From assembly GCA_016906335.1 (NCBI GenBank), contig JADEYG010000002.1, positions 434,001-498,000 of the forward strand: 64,000 nucleotides of DNA, read 5' to 3'. The position numbers were made by a program, and so were the translations under genes. Below, one piece after another: positions 34,164 through 47,901 of this stretch; the first letter of the stretch is position 1, and each line of letters starts with the position of its first letter. The notes beneath the pieces are model-generated. The model saw nothing but the letters and a program-made list of their open reading frames with translations, searched no databases and had not been told where the DNA came from. The stretch comes from Novakomyces olei (Eukaryota).

Positions 34164-35455
34164 CGATATGCAGTCAGTATGCTCAGTAAACACACCAAGT
34201 ATCAAAGCGAAGATCACTTATTGGCATTGAATCATACGATGCGATATCTAAACTCAACAATTGACTATGGTATAACGTATCTGAAAGCGCCTAAACTGGA
34301 AATTCTTGCGTGGGGAGACGCAGATTTTGCTGGCGACACTACAGACAGGAAATCAAGATCTGGATATGTTCTATCTATTGGAGAAAACAATGGCCCTATA
34401 TCTTGGAATTCACAAAAACAGAAAATAGTTACTCCAAATACCATGATGGCAGAATTTGAAGCATTGAAAATAACAATCAATCTGTTAGGCCATAGTGTAG
34501 ATAGTAAAATTAAAATTAAAAATGACATAATTAAATTAAATTAATTCACTCCAAATACGGAATCTAACCGATTTGGAGGAATATTTAATTACTAATCATT
34601 AAATCAAGCCACTGATCGGGTATCTGTATCCTATCAATGATAAGGTGATTACTAATTGATCGGTTACTTCTGATCCTATCTGATTACTAATTGATAGGAA
34701 AGTCTTAATCCTATCTCTTGGCAAATTACGAAGATAAGAGCTGAGCCTTGACGTCTAGAAAAGGACAAGGTTTTCCATAGTTTAAGGGTAGATTTAATTA
34801 ATCTAAAAGTTATAACAGTGAGTAATTTCCACAGTTATAACACAATCAATCACTTTACTTCAAATATTTATTGGAAGAGTTGAATTATCCCACGCTATAT
34901 AAACCAAAAGTGTATTGCGATAACAATGCATGCATACTACTAGCTAATACTGGAGGAAATTATCAAGGATCCAAACATTTAAGCAATACAAGCTACTATG
35001 TTATGGATTATATAAGAAAAGAATTAATTGAATTACAGAGATGTCCTACACAAATGATGAGAGCTGACGGTTTAACAAAGAATTTAATTGGAAACAAATT
35101 CACGAAATTTATTCAATTATTATTCTATGGGATCTAACCTCTAGCAGTATCATTTATTTATTTATCATAAGTTCTAAGAGTCATGGGGAGTGTTGAGAAG
35201 TTGACTCTATATAACTTATATTTAACTCTATTATTTGAAATAATTACTGTCTTTACATGAATAATTCTGTCTCTACTTTACTTACTGAAATCTCCTCTAA
35301 TTTCTACATTCTGTCTTTACCAGATCTATTATTGAATAATATATATATATCCCTGACAGCGCCTCTGAGCCTTGGGAGACCTTTAACATTCTTTTCTACA
35401 GTCAGATAGTAATATCAACCGTTCGAACTTCAACATAACTTCAATTAATTCAACA
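34164..35455 (+). mobile_element. 3' part of copia family I: RT end/RNase H (to 35137), PPT, 3' LTR 35191-35455
   Basis: WGDADFAGD...RKSRSG, YCDN, ADGLTK; PPT GGGGAG; LTR TGTTGA...TCAACA. Confidence 0.88.
34483..34842. mobile_element. Solo LTR (family J) inserted in RNase H
   Basis: TGTTA...TAACA with TSD CAATC; removal restores the frame ALKITINQSLYFKYLLEEL. Confidence 0.88.
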
Positions 35456-35598
35456 GATAATAGTGACACATGAAGTGTTGTATAATGTTATACATTTACT
35501 ATGATTATTAGAAATTTAATCAATCGCTAATTAGAAATGAACCTTTTGAACCAAAATCACATAATAATATTACTATTGTTATATTACTATTGTTAATT

Positions 35599-36190
35599 TG
35601 TTGAGAAGAGGCTCTATATAACTTACATTTGTCTTCATTCCTTTAAAATAATCCTGTCTCTACAATACTCACCGAAATCTCCTCCGAATTCCATATTCTG
35701 TTGTTGTGCATCCAACATTTTTGAAACCAATACAAATACTCAGATATAGTTGTTTAGTGCTCCTAGTAATATAAGCGGATATGATAGAACCAGCATATTC
35801 TGTCTTTATCACATGTATTTTATATTCATATTTATTGAATAATATGTACATCTCTGACTGCGCTTCTGAGCCTTGGGGGACACTTACCATTCTTTACTAC
35901 AGTCAGATAGTTAATATCATCTGTTCGAACGTCAAACAGTATTAATGTTGAAATATGGACTCTGTACTTTTCTAAATACTCTCATTCTTTTAGCCTAATT
36001 TGAAACTATAACGATCTGTCTTTACCTCTTATTTACTTACCTTCTTATGAATATATATATCCATTCATGAATCCCTTTGACCTTGAGGAATTTTGCTGTC
36101 TTTTGCTGCAGCAAGATTGTTAATATTAGCCGTTCGAGCAATCTATCCAACAATATTTACATTAAAAGTTCAACAATTAATAATTCAACA
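35599..36190 (+). mobile_element. Diverged family-I-like LTR containing a nested related solo LTR (35946-36175, TSD ATTAA)
   Basis: Shared blocks with 35191-35455 (CTGAGCCTTGGG, CAGTCAGATAGT, GTTCGAA); TG...CA ends. Confidence 0.7.
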
Positions 36191-37283
36191 ATACTTATAA
36201 TAAATTAAATAACAGACATAATGTATTTAAATGAGGTATATTTATACATGCTAGCTGGCATACTCCAAGAGATCTACTAATAGTGATAAGCTCTGATGGT
36301 AACTGAGAATAATATATTAATTGTAACAGTAGAGACAATAAAACAACTACGACAGTCTCTGTCCAAGAGCAGGCCAGTGTTTATATTCACTAATGAACTA
36401 CGTACTTCCTTCACCGGCTAGTTGACGAGGGTAAGTTACCTAATTAGGAACAATAAACTACTGGGTTATCGTCCCAAGGGAGCTGTGATATATTAATATA
36501 CTGAATCGTGCGACCGTAGATCTCTAAATACAAAGTAAACGCATTGATGATCTTTGAGAAAGCTTTAAAAGGCCAATCTCTTTCTTTTTTGAAGATCAAA
36601 CGGGGCTAGCGGTTTTCGGGCTTGTAAAGAACAAAACAATAGAGTAACTGTTTTCTACTTTAAGCGTAGCCCTCGTCTGAACAGCGACGAACAAATTAGC
36701 CTTATGATATGATCAGCAGAAGATACGACCGTCAAAATTCCTAAAACGCGCGTGTTATAATAGATTTGATGAATTTGTTTTTTCGGTCTTCGACAGCCAT
36801 TGGCCTACTTAAGCTGTCGACTCTCCATTTTTGATCTCTTCTTAGACCTGGTTCCTGCCAATTGACAGTCTTAGCATCTTAGCATTGTGCTATAATCGAG
36901 CACACTTCGCGCCATGGATATGGGCGGTGGCTATATACTCTTCATAAACCCATTTCTCTCATTACTCTGTGCAGAATTCTGAAAAGATTGCTTGTCGAAA
37001 AAGAATTCCATTAATATAATATTATCGTATGGTTGAGTACAAACACTTTCACCATTATATTTATAGATTATTGTACTCATATTACTTACGATTTATATAA
37101 TACTTATTCTTATGTCTTTATTTATGACTGAATACTTGTTTGTTTGAACAATCAACCATATTGATGAATAAAACCATACGAGACTCAGTTCCCAGTAACG
37201 CTTCTTCTGCTGCTATATTTGTTCTACTATTATCAAATTGAGGCGTGGTTGGGTTTCACGGTCGACATAGCGACGCAGCAAAT

Positions 37284-38678
37284 ATGCGATGGCTTTCACT
37301 TCTCTCTTTGGCTTTTATGCCGCTGGTGGAGGCAATCGACATGAACCCCGATTCTAGGGACTCAGTCGACTATGCGACGTCTTTGATGATCGATGGTATG
37401 CTCGACTATTACGAGGGCTTCCGACCTGGAGGAGTCATTGGTACGTTTGCAAACCCTATATACTGGTGGGAAGGAGGAGCAGCATGGGGAGTAAGTGAAT
37501 CTCGCGTTTTTGAAAGATGTTTTCGGGACTAATACTCGTAGGCAATGGTCGATAATTGGCGACTTACCGGTAACAGAACGTATGAGGGAGTGACCAAGCA
37601 GGCCATGGAATGGCAGAAGGGCGAGAACAATGACTTTTTGCCTAGAAATTACTCCCTTTCACAAGGTAACGACGATCAAGGATTTTGGGCTCTGGCTGGT
37701 TTAAGTGCCATTGAATCAGGTTTCCCGGAACCGGACAATGAGAGCATTAGCTGGCTCGGTCTCGTGCAGGCGGTCTTTAACGAGTACGTTATGCGATGGG
37801 ACAATGCCACTTGCGGTGGTGGTTTGCGTTGGCAGATTTTTACGTTTAACAACGGATACGATTATAAAAATACAGTGTCGAATGGTTGCTTTTTTCAGGT
37901 CGCGGCTAGATTAGCTCGTTATACCCAAAATGAGACGTATGCAGATTGGGCGGAGACGGTTTATGAATGGACATTTAACATCGGATTTATCGAGAGAGAT
38001 TCCTTCACAACATGGGATGGTTCTGGCATCACTGATAACTGCCAAGACATAGATCACACGCAATGGACTTACAACTTGGGCCTCTATCTTGCCGGTTGCG
38101 CGTATATGTACAATTACACGAACGGATCTGATCTGTGGCTTAGACGTACTCAAGGGTTCCTTGACCGTGCCAGGGACATATTCTATTTGAACAATGTTAT
38201 TTATGAGCCTCAATGCGAGCCTTTCGATTCTTGTTCAACGAACGCTCTTTCATTCAAGGGCTACTTGAGCCGATTTATGGGATACACTTGGGTTCTTGTT
38301 CCTAGCTTACGTGAGCAAATCATGACTTTGCTTCGGACCAGTTCGTCCGCAGCCGCTCTCGCTTGTAGTGGTGGCTCTGACGGTCACACGTGCGGAAATC
38401 GGTGGACATGGCAAAATGGAACCTGGTCAGGAGATTGGAGTATGTCAATACAATTGGCAGCGATTGAGACGACGCAGACAGTTTTGTACAATGAAAGTTC
38501 AAATTTCTTGACTGCGCATACTGGAGGAAATAGTACAAGCATGCCCAATGCAGGCTCTTCAGACAGCTCATCAGACAATGTTGCTGCGCCCAGTACCTCG
38601 GATAGAGGCTGGGCTGGATTTCTTACTGCAGTGGCGGCCATTGCCACAATAGGTTTGACTGTTTGGATGTTACTGTAG
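37284..38678 (+). CDS. DCW1: GPI-anchored GH76 alpha-1,6-mannanase, DCW1/DFG5 family (intron 37491-37541)
   Basis: Signal peptide; YWWEGG; GNDDQGFW; CGGGLRWQIF; hydrophobic C-tail. Cannot distinguish DCW1 from DFG5. Confidence 0.9.
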
Positions 38679-39499
38679 TACTGTTCTGTAAGAATAATGC
38701 TATAAGGGACGGAAATTGTTTTAGTACTAGATTTGGAACCTGTGTCTATGTTTTTCTGATCTAGTTATGCTTTTTTCTTTTTGACTGATTTATTTGTGTA
38801 TTCTATACATAATGTTATACTTTACTTTATTTTAGTCATTGATTCAAACTCCCATATTGCTTTAGTTATGTGAAGTATTAGCGAGTTGACCTTGTTTTAT
38901 TTAACTAAAAAAGGCCCATTACCTGCAAATGGAGATTGGGGTTATGCATTTGTACGACAGGCAGCAAATGAAGGTCTCGCCTGAAAGCATAAACACGGTT
39001 TCACAATTTATTAAGTTGTTGTCAATCAGGCATTTTTCTTTTGGATCGTCTGTTCATCATGTGCCTCAGTATATATTGCAATCAAATATTTTGCCATGAG
39101 CGAGATTACTTATTGATGATGGCGTGAGGGGTTGGCAATTTCCCAATACGTCTGTCGTATTTACATATATGTGTTATCACTATAGTATGTCCTTTCTCGT
39201 ACGAAATTCCTATGCACTAAAGTAAATCGTCACGTAAACAATCCCTCGCCTATTGACGAGCCTAATAGGGTTCCAGACTCTAAAGTTCATAAAGAATGAA
39301 TCAAGGCGTACCGCACGCAAAACAAAGCAAAAATAAAGCGGTACCGGCTTACTAGCTTCCATCTTCATTTTCATTCCTTCGTGTTCTTCGTGAACACGTC
39401 CACTCTTTTCATTGAGCTTACACAGTCTCTTTGCTTCGGTTATTCTCTCTTTAGGCCACTTGACATTAATTTGCAGCCATATCTTTGTTTGTTTCCATC

Positions 39500-40631
39500 A
39501 TGTTTCTTGCTATTATACCCCTTGCTGCCTTCGCTCTTGCGGCCAATGCGTCACGTAAGTTTCGATGATTAACAAATTGCACTGTTCTAAACTTCCAAAC
39601 TAGCGCTCGGACATGTTCATCATCGTCAACATAGACGCGACGTGGTCACCGAATACGCTACGGCCTACGTGACTGTATACCAAAACCAGTCGCCCGTCGC
39701 GACGCCCGTTTCTGAGGCACCAGTCTTTGGAGGATATGACGATAACAAATGGTCTGCTGATTCTTCTGCTGAAGTTCCTGCCTCTCCAGTCGCTCCTGCC
39801 TCAACTACCGCGGTTCCCACCAGTGAAAGCCCCATTAGTGGGTCCACCGACACCGCTGACCCGGTTGAATCTCCTTTTGCGGTGGCCTCATCGCCTGCCC
39901 CTCCTAGCACGGGCGGAAAGCGAGGAATTGCCTGGGATCCAGCAAACCCTGACAGTGCTTTTAGCACAATTGCTGAAGGTGGCAGTTGGTTTTACAACTG
40001 GAACGCGCAGCCATGGGGTCTTGCTGGCTCTTCTTTGCCCTACATTCCGACTATTCGTACAGCGGGCGATATTGGTGTCGTGACTAATATTCCTGACGGA
40101 TCTACTTTATTAACTTTTAACGAGCCAGACAATGCTGGTCAGGCAGCTATGGACGTATCAACTGCTGTTTCGCTTATCAAAGGCAATATTACCCCGCTCA
40201 AGGGAAGCAAAATTTCAAACCTTGGAACGCCTTCCGTTACTAATGGCCCTGGTGGTCTGGATTGGCTTCGTCAATTCATGAACGAATGCAAGGACTGCGG
40301 TATTGATTTCATCAATTTGCATTGGTACGGAACAGATGCCCAATCTTTCATCTCATACTTGCAACAGGTCCATGCAGAATATCCCGACAAGCCTATTTGG
40401 GTCACTGAATTTGCTTGCACAAACTGGGATCCGTCTACTCTCCCATCTTACGACCAAGTCAAATCTTTCTTAGAAAGTGCTCTTTCTTTCCTCGATAGCG
40501 CTAGCTATGTAGCAAAATACGCTTGGTTTGGAACCTCGCTCAACTTTCCCCCTAATGTTGGATCGAATAATCAGCTTATCAGCGGCAATGGTGGTCTCAC
40601 AAGCCTTGGACATATTTATGCCAATTCTTAG
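39500..40631 (+). CDS. Secreted GH128-type beta-1,3-glucanase (Asl1-like); intron 39555-39603
   Basis: Signal peptide in exon 1; S/P/T linker; KRGIAW, WFYNW, FNEPD, HWY, IWVTEF motifs. Confidence 0.85.
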
Positions 40632-41041
40632 GCTCACGATCAGATGCTACGCATTTTGATATTACGTATGCGTGTGCGTTTGCCTAGTGCATGCAAACAT
40701 TTTCTCGAGTAACTCAGACCAATTGTGTTTCAACGTTTGGTTCGTTTGTACTCATTTATATTGGATTTGATTTCAATTTGTTTTGTTTTTCAGAGTCAGA
40801 AATTGCTCGTGCGGTCATGTCTTTATTACATTCTATATATGTACAATCAATCGGGAAAGCACATATTTTAAAAAAAAAACGTTGTGAGATTACTGCTCTA
40901 ATCCATATATCCAAATGTAAAACCCTAAAGATGGCTCCATGTCCGCCTACTTCAGCTCAATAAAATTGCGTTGTGGTAACTTGAAAAGCAGCTATAAAGA
41001 GGACTGAATCCTCGTTTCCTAAGCAAATATAATCCAATTGT

Positions 41042-42042
41042 TCAAGAGATAAAACGAAGGTATGCCAGGTAAAGACCTGCAAGAGTCGCAAGCAAACCTC
41101 CCATGTATTGCCAGGTTGATTGACGTGATTGATGCATAAAAGCTTTAAGATTGTTGATCTCTGTATCAATGCGGGTATCAGTATCTTTAATTTTGAGCTC
41201 TTGCGCACTCGCTTCTTCTCTGATCCGGGCCCTTTCTAGGTTCAAATCCAATCTCACATCGGCCTGCGATTTCGCAATATCATTTTTGAACCGGTTCTTG
41301 AGCTTTTCTAGTTCTGCAAGCATTCGCTCATTGGAGTCGCGAATGAGACTAAAATCGTTACGTTCCAAAACCATCAGATCTGTCCGCAAATTGGCAAAGT
41401 CTACCTTCTGTTTGTGCCAGTTCTAAAAACCAATTAATGATTTATTTTGTTTAATGTTATAGTGAGTATACCTTTTCCTGTTCTTCCATCGTTACCATGT
41501 ACCGCCGTAAACCATTAACCCTACCAGTTAGTATAGCAAAATCCAAGTCATATTGACACAGATCAGCAAAAAAGTTATAAAATATATTGATTTAAACAAT
41601 ATTGGCAATGTACAGCTCTCAAAAATGTTCGAAAACCGCCAGATCTATCTTACGATTCATCCACAATATCTCCAAATAATTCCATCAATGCCTCGCTTTG
41701 CTGTTTCGTGAAGCCTTGCACTTCGAGGTCTTTCACAAGCTTAAAAGTATCAAACGAATATTCCTTTTTCGAACTCTGTGACGTTGTGAAAGCGCGTTCA
41801 ACAATCAATTTAGCGATCTGGGAAGACAGTAATGATCCCGCGTCTTTGGCGTGTAAAGGCGAAGCACTAGGCCTTTGTAGAGTAGTCGTTCTGGTCGATA
41901 CTTTGCGTGTCGCTAAAGGGCTCATAGCGATAGAATCTGGGCCAGGCGTATGAAGCCTCCGTGCGCTAGACACCACCGGTCTAGAAAATAGTGTAAGTGT
42001 AGATTGCCTCGCTATTGCCGGCGAGAACCAAAGCGCGTTCAT
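41042..42042 (-). CDS. Mitochondrial DUF1640/CCDC90 (Fmp32-like) protein, two introns
   Basis: FDTFKLVKDLE..GFT..QSEALM; DVRLDLNLER; C-terminal TM; presequence-like N-terminus. Confidence 0.85.
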
Positions 42043-42528
42043 TGCTTTCGTCGATTGGCTCAATAGGAAGCAAAGATAGTTTCGATATACAGCCTGTTCG
42101 AACTTCACGACACTACTTATACTTGGCCCCCTTGACAAGCTATAGCTATATTTACTATGCGGCAATACATTAATGTATATATAATACTTGTAAGTGTGAT
42201 GATGGTTGACAGTTATTATCAATTTCATTCATCGCCTGTGAAGAAATTAATTCATTGCTGTTTCAAAATTTTGCTTGATTTCAATCTATTTGGAACAAAA
42301 ACAGAGCTATGCTTTATTTTGATTAGAGTCGGTATTTTTTTTCAGAGCTCAATGTACCCATTATCCGGATTATCCATAATTATTTTCCATGTATGATTTA
42401 ATCTCAGCCTATTTTAATCAAATATAATGATAATGCGAGCGAGGTACTTTATTATCATATGCACGAATAGCTGCCTATATTAACGGCTTTCATATAGTAT
42501 GATAGGGAATTGAAGGCTTGCCGATGGG

Positions 42529-45500
42529 ATGCAATATAGATCGGCAAATGCGTTTCTCGATGCGCTTTTTGGTCCGGATGGCCGGCGGTACCGCAGAATA
42601 CGGGATCTTCTGACGCAGCTGCAGACAAACAGCAGTCAAATTGTACTCTTATTGCCGCAGGCTGAGTGCTTTTTACGAAACGAAAGAGATTCGGGACAGC
42701 CATGGACGAATCTTATGAACGAGGATTTTCTCGCTAGTCATTTGGTCAAGGTCTCTTACTCTTCCAAAGATGCGGCAGACATAGATAAACCGCTCCAGTT
42801 GGTCTGCTTGAATGGACAAACGCTTATCGTGCGCGATGGGCTCGTTTATCCTCACAAAGGTATTTGATGTTAAGTATTTGTTCCCATTAATGACAATTAT
42901 AGGTTTCAAAAATTCGTACCACATACGTTTGTCAAACGACAGATTGTTCTACTATGAAAATTGCGCTCTTCTAGTATACCATATTGATCGTCCTCTGGTC
43001 GGTAATATGGTGAAGGAAGAACGAAGGTTCGCAGCGCTGACGAATCCTCTGTCGTCTGTCGAGAGCACCACTAATTTGCCTCCAAAACTGGCCACTTTCA
43101 CAATCCTGCTAGGCATGTTCCCTAAAGTCTCCAAGGTGGTTGAAGACGATCTCAAGAAACTATTAAAAGCATTCAATGAACGGCAAATATCCCTCAATGA
43201 TGCGAGCACAGAACGGATTGAAAATGAGATTGAAATTGCACTAAACGCGGCTGTAGAAATATTTTTGCGAGTTCCGGATCAAGAAAAAAGAGCAATTGCG
43301 ACGCGTACAGGAATGAATGGAGATGATGTCACAGATCTAATTGAATCGTACGTGATGCAAAATATATATGATATTGTTTTTTACCGCTATTCAATTGCAT
43401 ACATGGAGCAGGACAGAGCTCTAGAACGCGCTGTTTCTTCCTCAAAAGCCGTAAATGCAATGCAAGTTGGCTTACCTTTTGAGCTACCCGACATTAACAG
43501 CCGTCTTCACCGTGGCATATCTCTCTTTAAAGAACTTGTTAGCGAACGGACGCCTTTTTTAAAGCTCAAAAAGCTCATCGATTTAGTCAATACAATGATT
43601 GAGAATGTAGAAAGTGAAGCAAAAGTTGTTCAAGGCCAAGTACGACAGAACGGGACCTCCTTAGGGGGGGATTTTCTGATTCCATTACTCCTAATGGTTA
43701 TACTTCGTGCGGAAACGACTAATATTTACAGCAACATTGCTTACATGAAGCTTTGTCAGCGAGATATGGATAATGGTGAAGGTGCTTATGCGCTTAGCAG
43801 CTTAGAAGCTGTTGCAACCTACATTGTACAAAACGGCCCTCGGTTGAAATCAGTGAGTGATGACAATATAAAGTTTACGGATCTTTTGAAAACCGGAAGT
43901 ACGAAGGACGTTGAAGACTATATGGAAACGATGAATTTAAAACTTCAAGGCAATCCAACTGATTTGGAGGAACAATATCGTGGCATGATTCTCGGTGGCT
44001 CTGCTGTTCGTTATGGTGATGCTTTTGGCAGTAACGAATCCTGTCTGATGACTTGCGTTAAACTTGGTGATATAGATAAGGTCTGTCTTCTCCTGAAATG
44101 CGCATTTGTTACCCAAAACTTTGTTTTACACGACGTCGACGCGGATGGAAAGACGTTGGTTTTGACTGCAATGCTACTTTCACGGGCAGATATGGCAACC
44201 AAAATATTAAAATTTTTAAAGGGAACAAGTTCCCATTTGATACGCAAGTATCTTGCCATTCAAGATATTGATGACAAGCGGAGCGCTGCACATTATGTTC
44301 ACTTAGCTCCCTCATTAATGCGAACTGTTGGAAACCTTATGCAGTGGACGGAAAAAGATAGAACCGGTCTTACTGGATTCATGACTCTTTGTCGTGTTTA
44401 CGATCATCCACAGTATCAGAGTCTGGTGCTTCTAGCAATTGATTTGGTCGAGTCTTCGACAAGGCAGCCGCTAAACCTTGAGCAGCATATGGACGATCGC
44501 AAAAACACTGCGCTTCATATATTGACGGACGTACAATGTGTTGGTAGACTTTTGCAGACCTGTACGGATCCAAATGTACCGAATGCAAAAGGCATGTATC
44601 CCCTTCATGTGCATACAAAATTCACTAGGGTTGAGATTGTCAAAACACTGCTAGCTTCTGATAGGGTAAACCCACTGGCGATGGATTTGTACGGTGCAAC
44701 AGCACTTCACTTGTCTGTGCGATATGCTCTACCAGCTTTAATTGACGAACTTTTATCGAAGATTGATGTCAATGTAAGGTCGCTTTACTCTGCTGCTACT
44801 CCGCTTCATTGTGCTTGTCGAGAACGGTCGATAGATGCTGTACAATTGCTTATAAATCGGGGCTCAGACCCAGCATTACAAGATTTTTCTGGCAATACGG
44901 CTCATTCATACACGCAAGATCGTAGCATTCTCGATCTATTGGACAAGCAGCAGTTATCGTCAATTATGGCTGCTGAAAGTTCGAATAATGGTCAAAACCA
45001 TGCATTTGCCATTAATCGGACAGAAGTTAATTCTGATCTGCAAGTCGTATTCAATATAGTGTATAGCAATTTCGCTAGCGCAGATAGAATGGGCGAAAAG
45101 GACACATTTTCACAAGGTGGGATTGTACAACGAACAATGGCAGAGTTCTCCGAACTTTATCATTGCATTCAACGGGCCAATAAGGACTCTTGGTACCCTT
45201 TTTTCAGTATAGTTCTTCCTCACCCTTGCTCGATACCTTCCTATCCTTCTATAGCAGTCAGGAACAGAATGTGCCTTCATGCCGAAGAATTCCTGGTGTC
45301 GTGCTCGGAAAACCCAACGAATTATCCACTTTTAAGGGTCTTTTTACGGCCAGATTTGAAGCATTTCGATCAGGTGCAAATCGATCGCTTAGACGGTGTA
45401 CAGCGTTCTGCCGACACCAATGGGTTCAATGCAAGCACAGTCGGAAATACAAAGTCTGGCTCTGATGAACATGCAAATCAGACTTTAGATGAACAGCAAA

Positions 45501-46354
45501 CAGATCAAAGCACCGAAATCACTAACGGAACATTTAAAGACGAGAGTTTCACGCTTTCTGTTGACACAGAATCCCTAAATGGACTGAATGCTTTTTTTCA
45601 GCAAGCCAGTGCTACCATAGTATTTATGCAGGAGCATTATACAACCTTGAAGCGAGCCGTTGAGCAGACTATGCAAATGCTGAATGAACTTCCGATCGCA
45701 TATAAAATGCTGCATGCCGATATAGCAGACGCTAAAAATGAAGCTTTCTTTTCGTCGAATTCCGGTTCTGCTTTAAATGTAAATGAAAATTCTGAAAAGG
45801 AGCGAGAGATTCTACTCGGAGCAATATTTCACCAGGCCATGCGGCTATACCCGCGTGAACCGAGTGAGATGATGGTCCTTTATGCTCATGTCATGGGCGT
45901 CATTTCTAAGCTACAGGGGCTGCAAATGGCACTAGTAAAACCTCACAAGCTTCAAGATGACATCCTGAAGCATTTGTCTGAGTCAGCTCGGCATGAAGCA
46001 ACGCTTCGACGACACGATCGTTGGTCTGGATCTTTTGGAAGCCTTTTACCCGAAGGAAGTTCTAAAGCAATGACAAGTATCTCCCTGTTTGGTGATGCGA
46101 CCAGCCGTATTCAGGCCAGTACAGCAGAACTGCTCACAATGGAGCAGAAAGAGATTGCTCGAAAATCCCGGAAGCTACAAAAGCTTCAGACCCGGCTTGC
46201 AAACGAGGTTGCGGCTTTTCAGGATCATCATGCAATTGCGCAGAAAAAGAATTTGCTTGCTTTTGCACGAAGTCAGCTAGTTGCTCAACGAGCAAGGCTC
46301 AAGGACTTGCGTGATGCAATACCCGACTATATGCGCGAGTCGAATCTTAGGTGA
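42529..46354 (+). CDS. VPS9-domain ankyrin-repeat PX-like protein (Vrl1/VARP-like); intron about 42859-42902
   Basis: GGDFLIPLL and GEGAYALSSLEA (VPS9); TALH/TPLH ankyrin repeats; C-terminal coiled coil. Confidence 0.8.
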
Positions 46355-46785
46355 TCAAGGTATGATTTTTTGGTTTGCATAAGAACTGCATACAATAGAT
46401 TAATATTTTCAAATTTTCATGTAAATACAATATCCCTCCCCCCAAAAATAAAGAATAAAATAAATCAAAGCATGGAGCTTTCTCGTCTGCGTAGACCAGT
46501 CCACTCGGATGTGTAACGAGTCCTTCTGTGATTCAAAAAACGGCTTCACTGAAATTATTTGATTGGCCGTTTGCTACAAATGATCTTCCATCGCATGTAA
46601 TACAACTTTATAATCGGTACATAATACGAAGTTCTAAGGTCTATAATCAAAAATTTCAGTTTACAGCCATATTCGCTGCTTTCAGCTCATGTTATACAAG
46701 ACTTATTAAATATGATGTAATTAGTTGCTCAATCAAATCGATTATACCGATTACTGGAACACTTATTGTCGGGAAAAGCGACCAT

Positions 46786-47901
46786 TTACAGAGTATTTGT
46801 GCAGTTGAAGTCATCAAGCGCGACTTCAACACGAGCACGCATAGTCTCTTCGCCCTTGCGCACCCAGACACGAGGATCATAGAACTTCTTATTCGGGTTG
46901 TGCTCACCATCAGGGTTACCGGTCTGAGTGAGTAGATAATCCTTCTTGCTAAGCATGTAGTCGCGGATACCACAAGTGTAGGCGAATTGCAGATCGGTAT
47001 CAAGGTTGACCTTGACTACACCGTGGCTGATCGCATCAAGGTACTCTTGTTTGCCAGAGCCGGAGCCACCGTGGAAAACAAAGAATACAGGCTTTGTGTT
47101 GTCCGTCTCAAGCTGTCCCTGAACATACTTTTGATGCTTGCCCAGCAGCTCCGGATGCAAACGCACGTTACCTGCCTTGTAAACACCATGTACGTTTCCA
47201 AAGGCAGCAGCAATAGAAAAGTTCTTGGAAACTTTAGACAGAGTGCTCTGAATGTCCCAGATATCCTCAGGCTGAGTGTAGAGAGAGTTGTTGTCTACGC
47301 TGGTGTTGTCAACACCGTCCTCCTCACCGCCAGTGATTCCAATCTCCATCTCGAGCCATTGGCCCATCTTAGAAGCACGCTCGAAGTAGGCCTTGGTATG
47401 GCGGATGTTCTCCTCCTTGGGCTCTTCTGAGAGATCAATCATGTGAGAGCTGAAGAGGGGCTCGTTGTGCAATCTGTAATAAGCCTCGTCTGCTTCAAGC
47501 ATTCCGTCCAACCATGGTAGCAATTTCTTGGCGCAATGGTCAGTGTGCAATACGACGGGAATGCCATAAGAAGGAGCAATTGAGCGAATATAATGCGCAG
47601 CCGCAATGGCTCCAGCAATTGAAGCTTTTTGGCCGTCATTGCTCAGGCCTTTTCCAGCGAAAAACTGAGCACCACCCTGAGATGTTTGCAGAATGATGGG
47701 AGAGCGCTTGTTGCGCGCTGCTTCCATTGCAGCTACAGCAGTGCTGCTGGACGTTACGTTGATTGCTGGTAGAGCAAAGCCCTTCTCTTGGCAGTAAAGG
47801 AAGAGTTTGCGAACATCTTCGCCAGTGATAACACCGGCCGGTACAATCTGGTGGTTGAGTACAAGACAGGCACTTTATCATCTTACGTCGAGGACACCCA
47901 T
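46786..47901 (-). CDS. FBA1: Class II fructose-bisphosphate aldolase (intron 47848-47886)
   Basis: HTDHCAKK, EMEIGITGGEEDG, FGNVHG, FHGGSGS, VNLDTD motifs. Confidence 0.97.
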
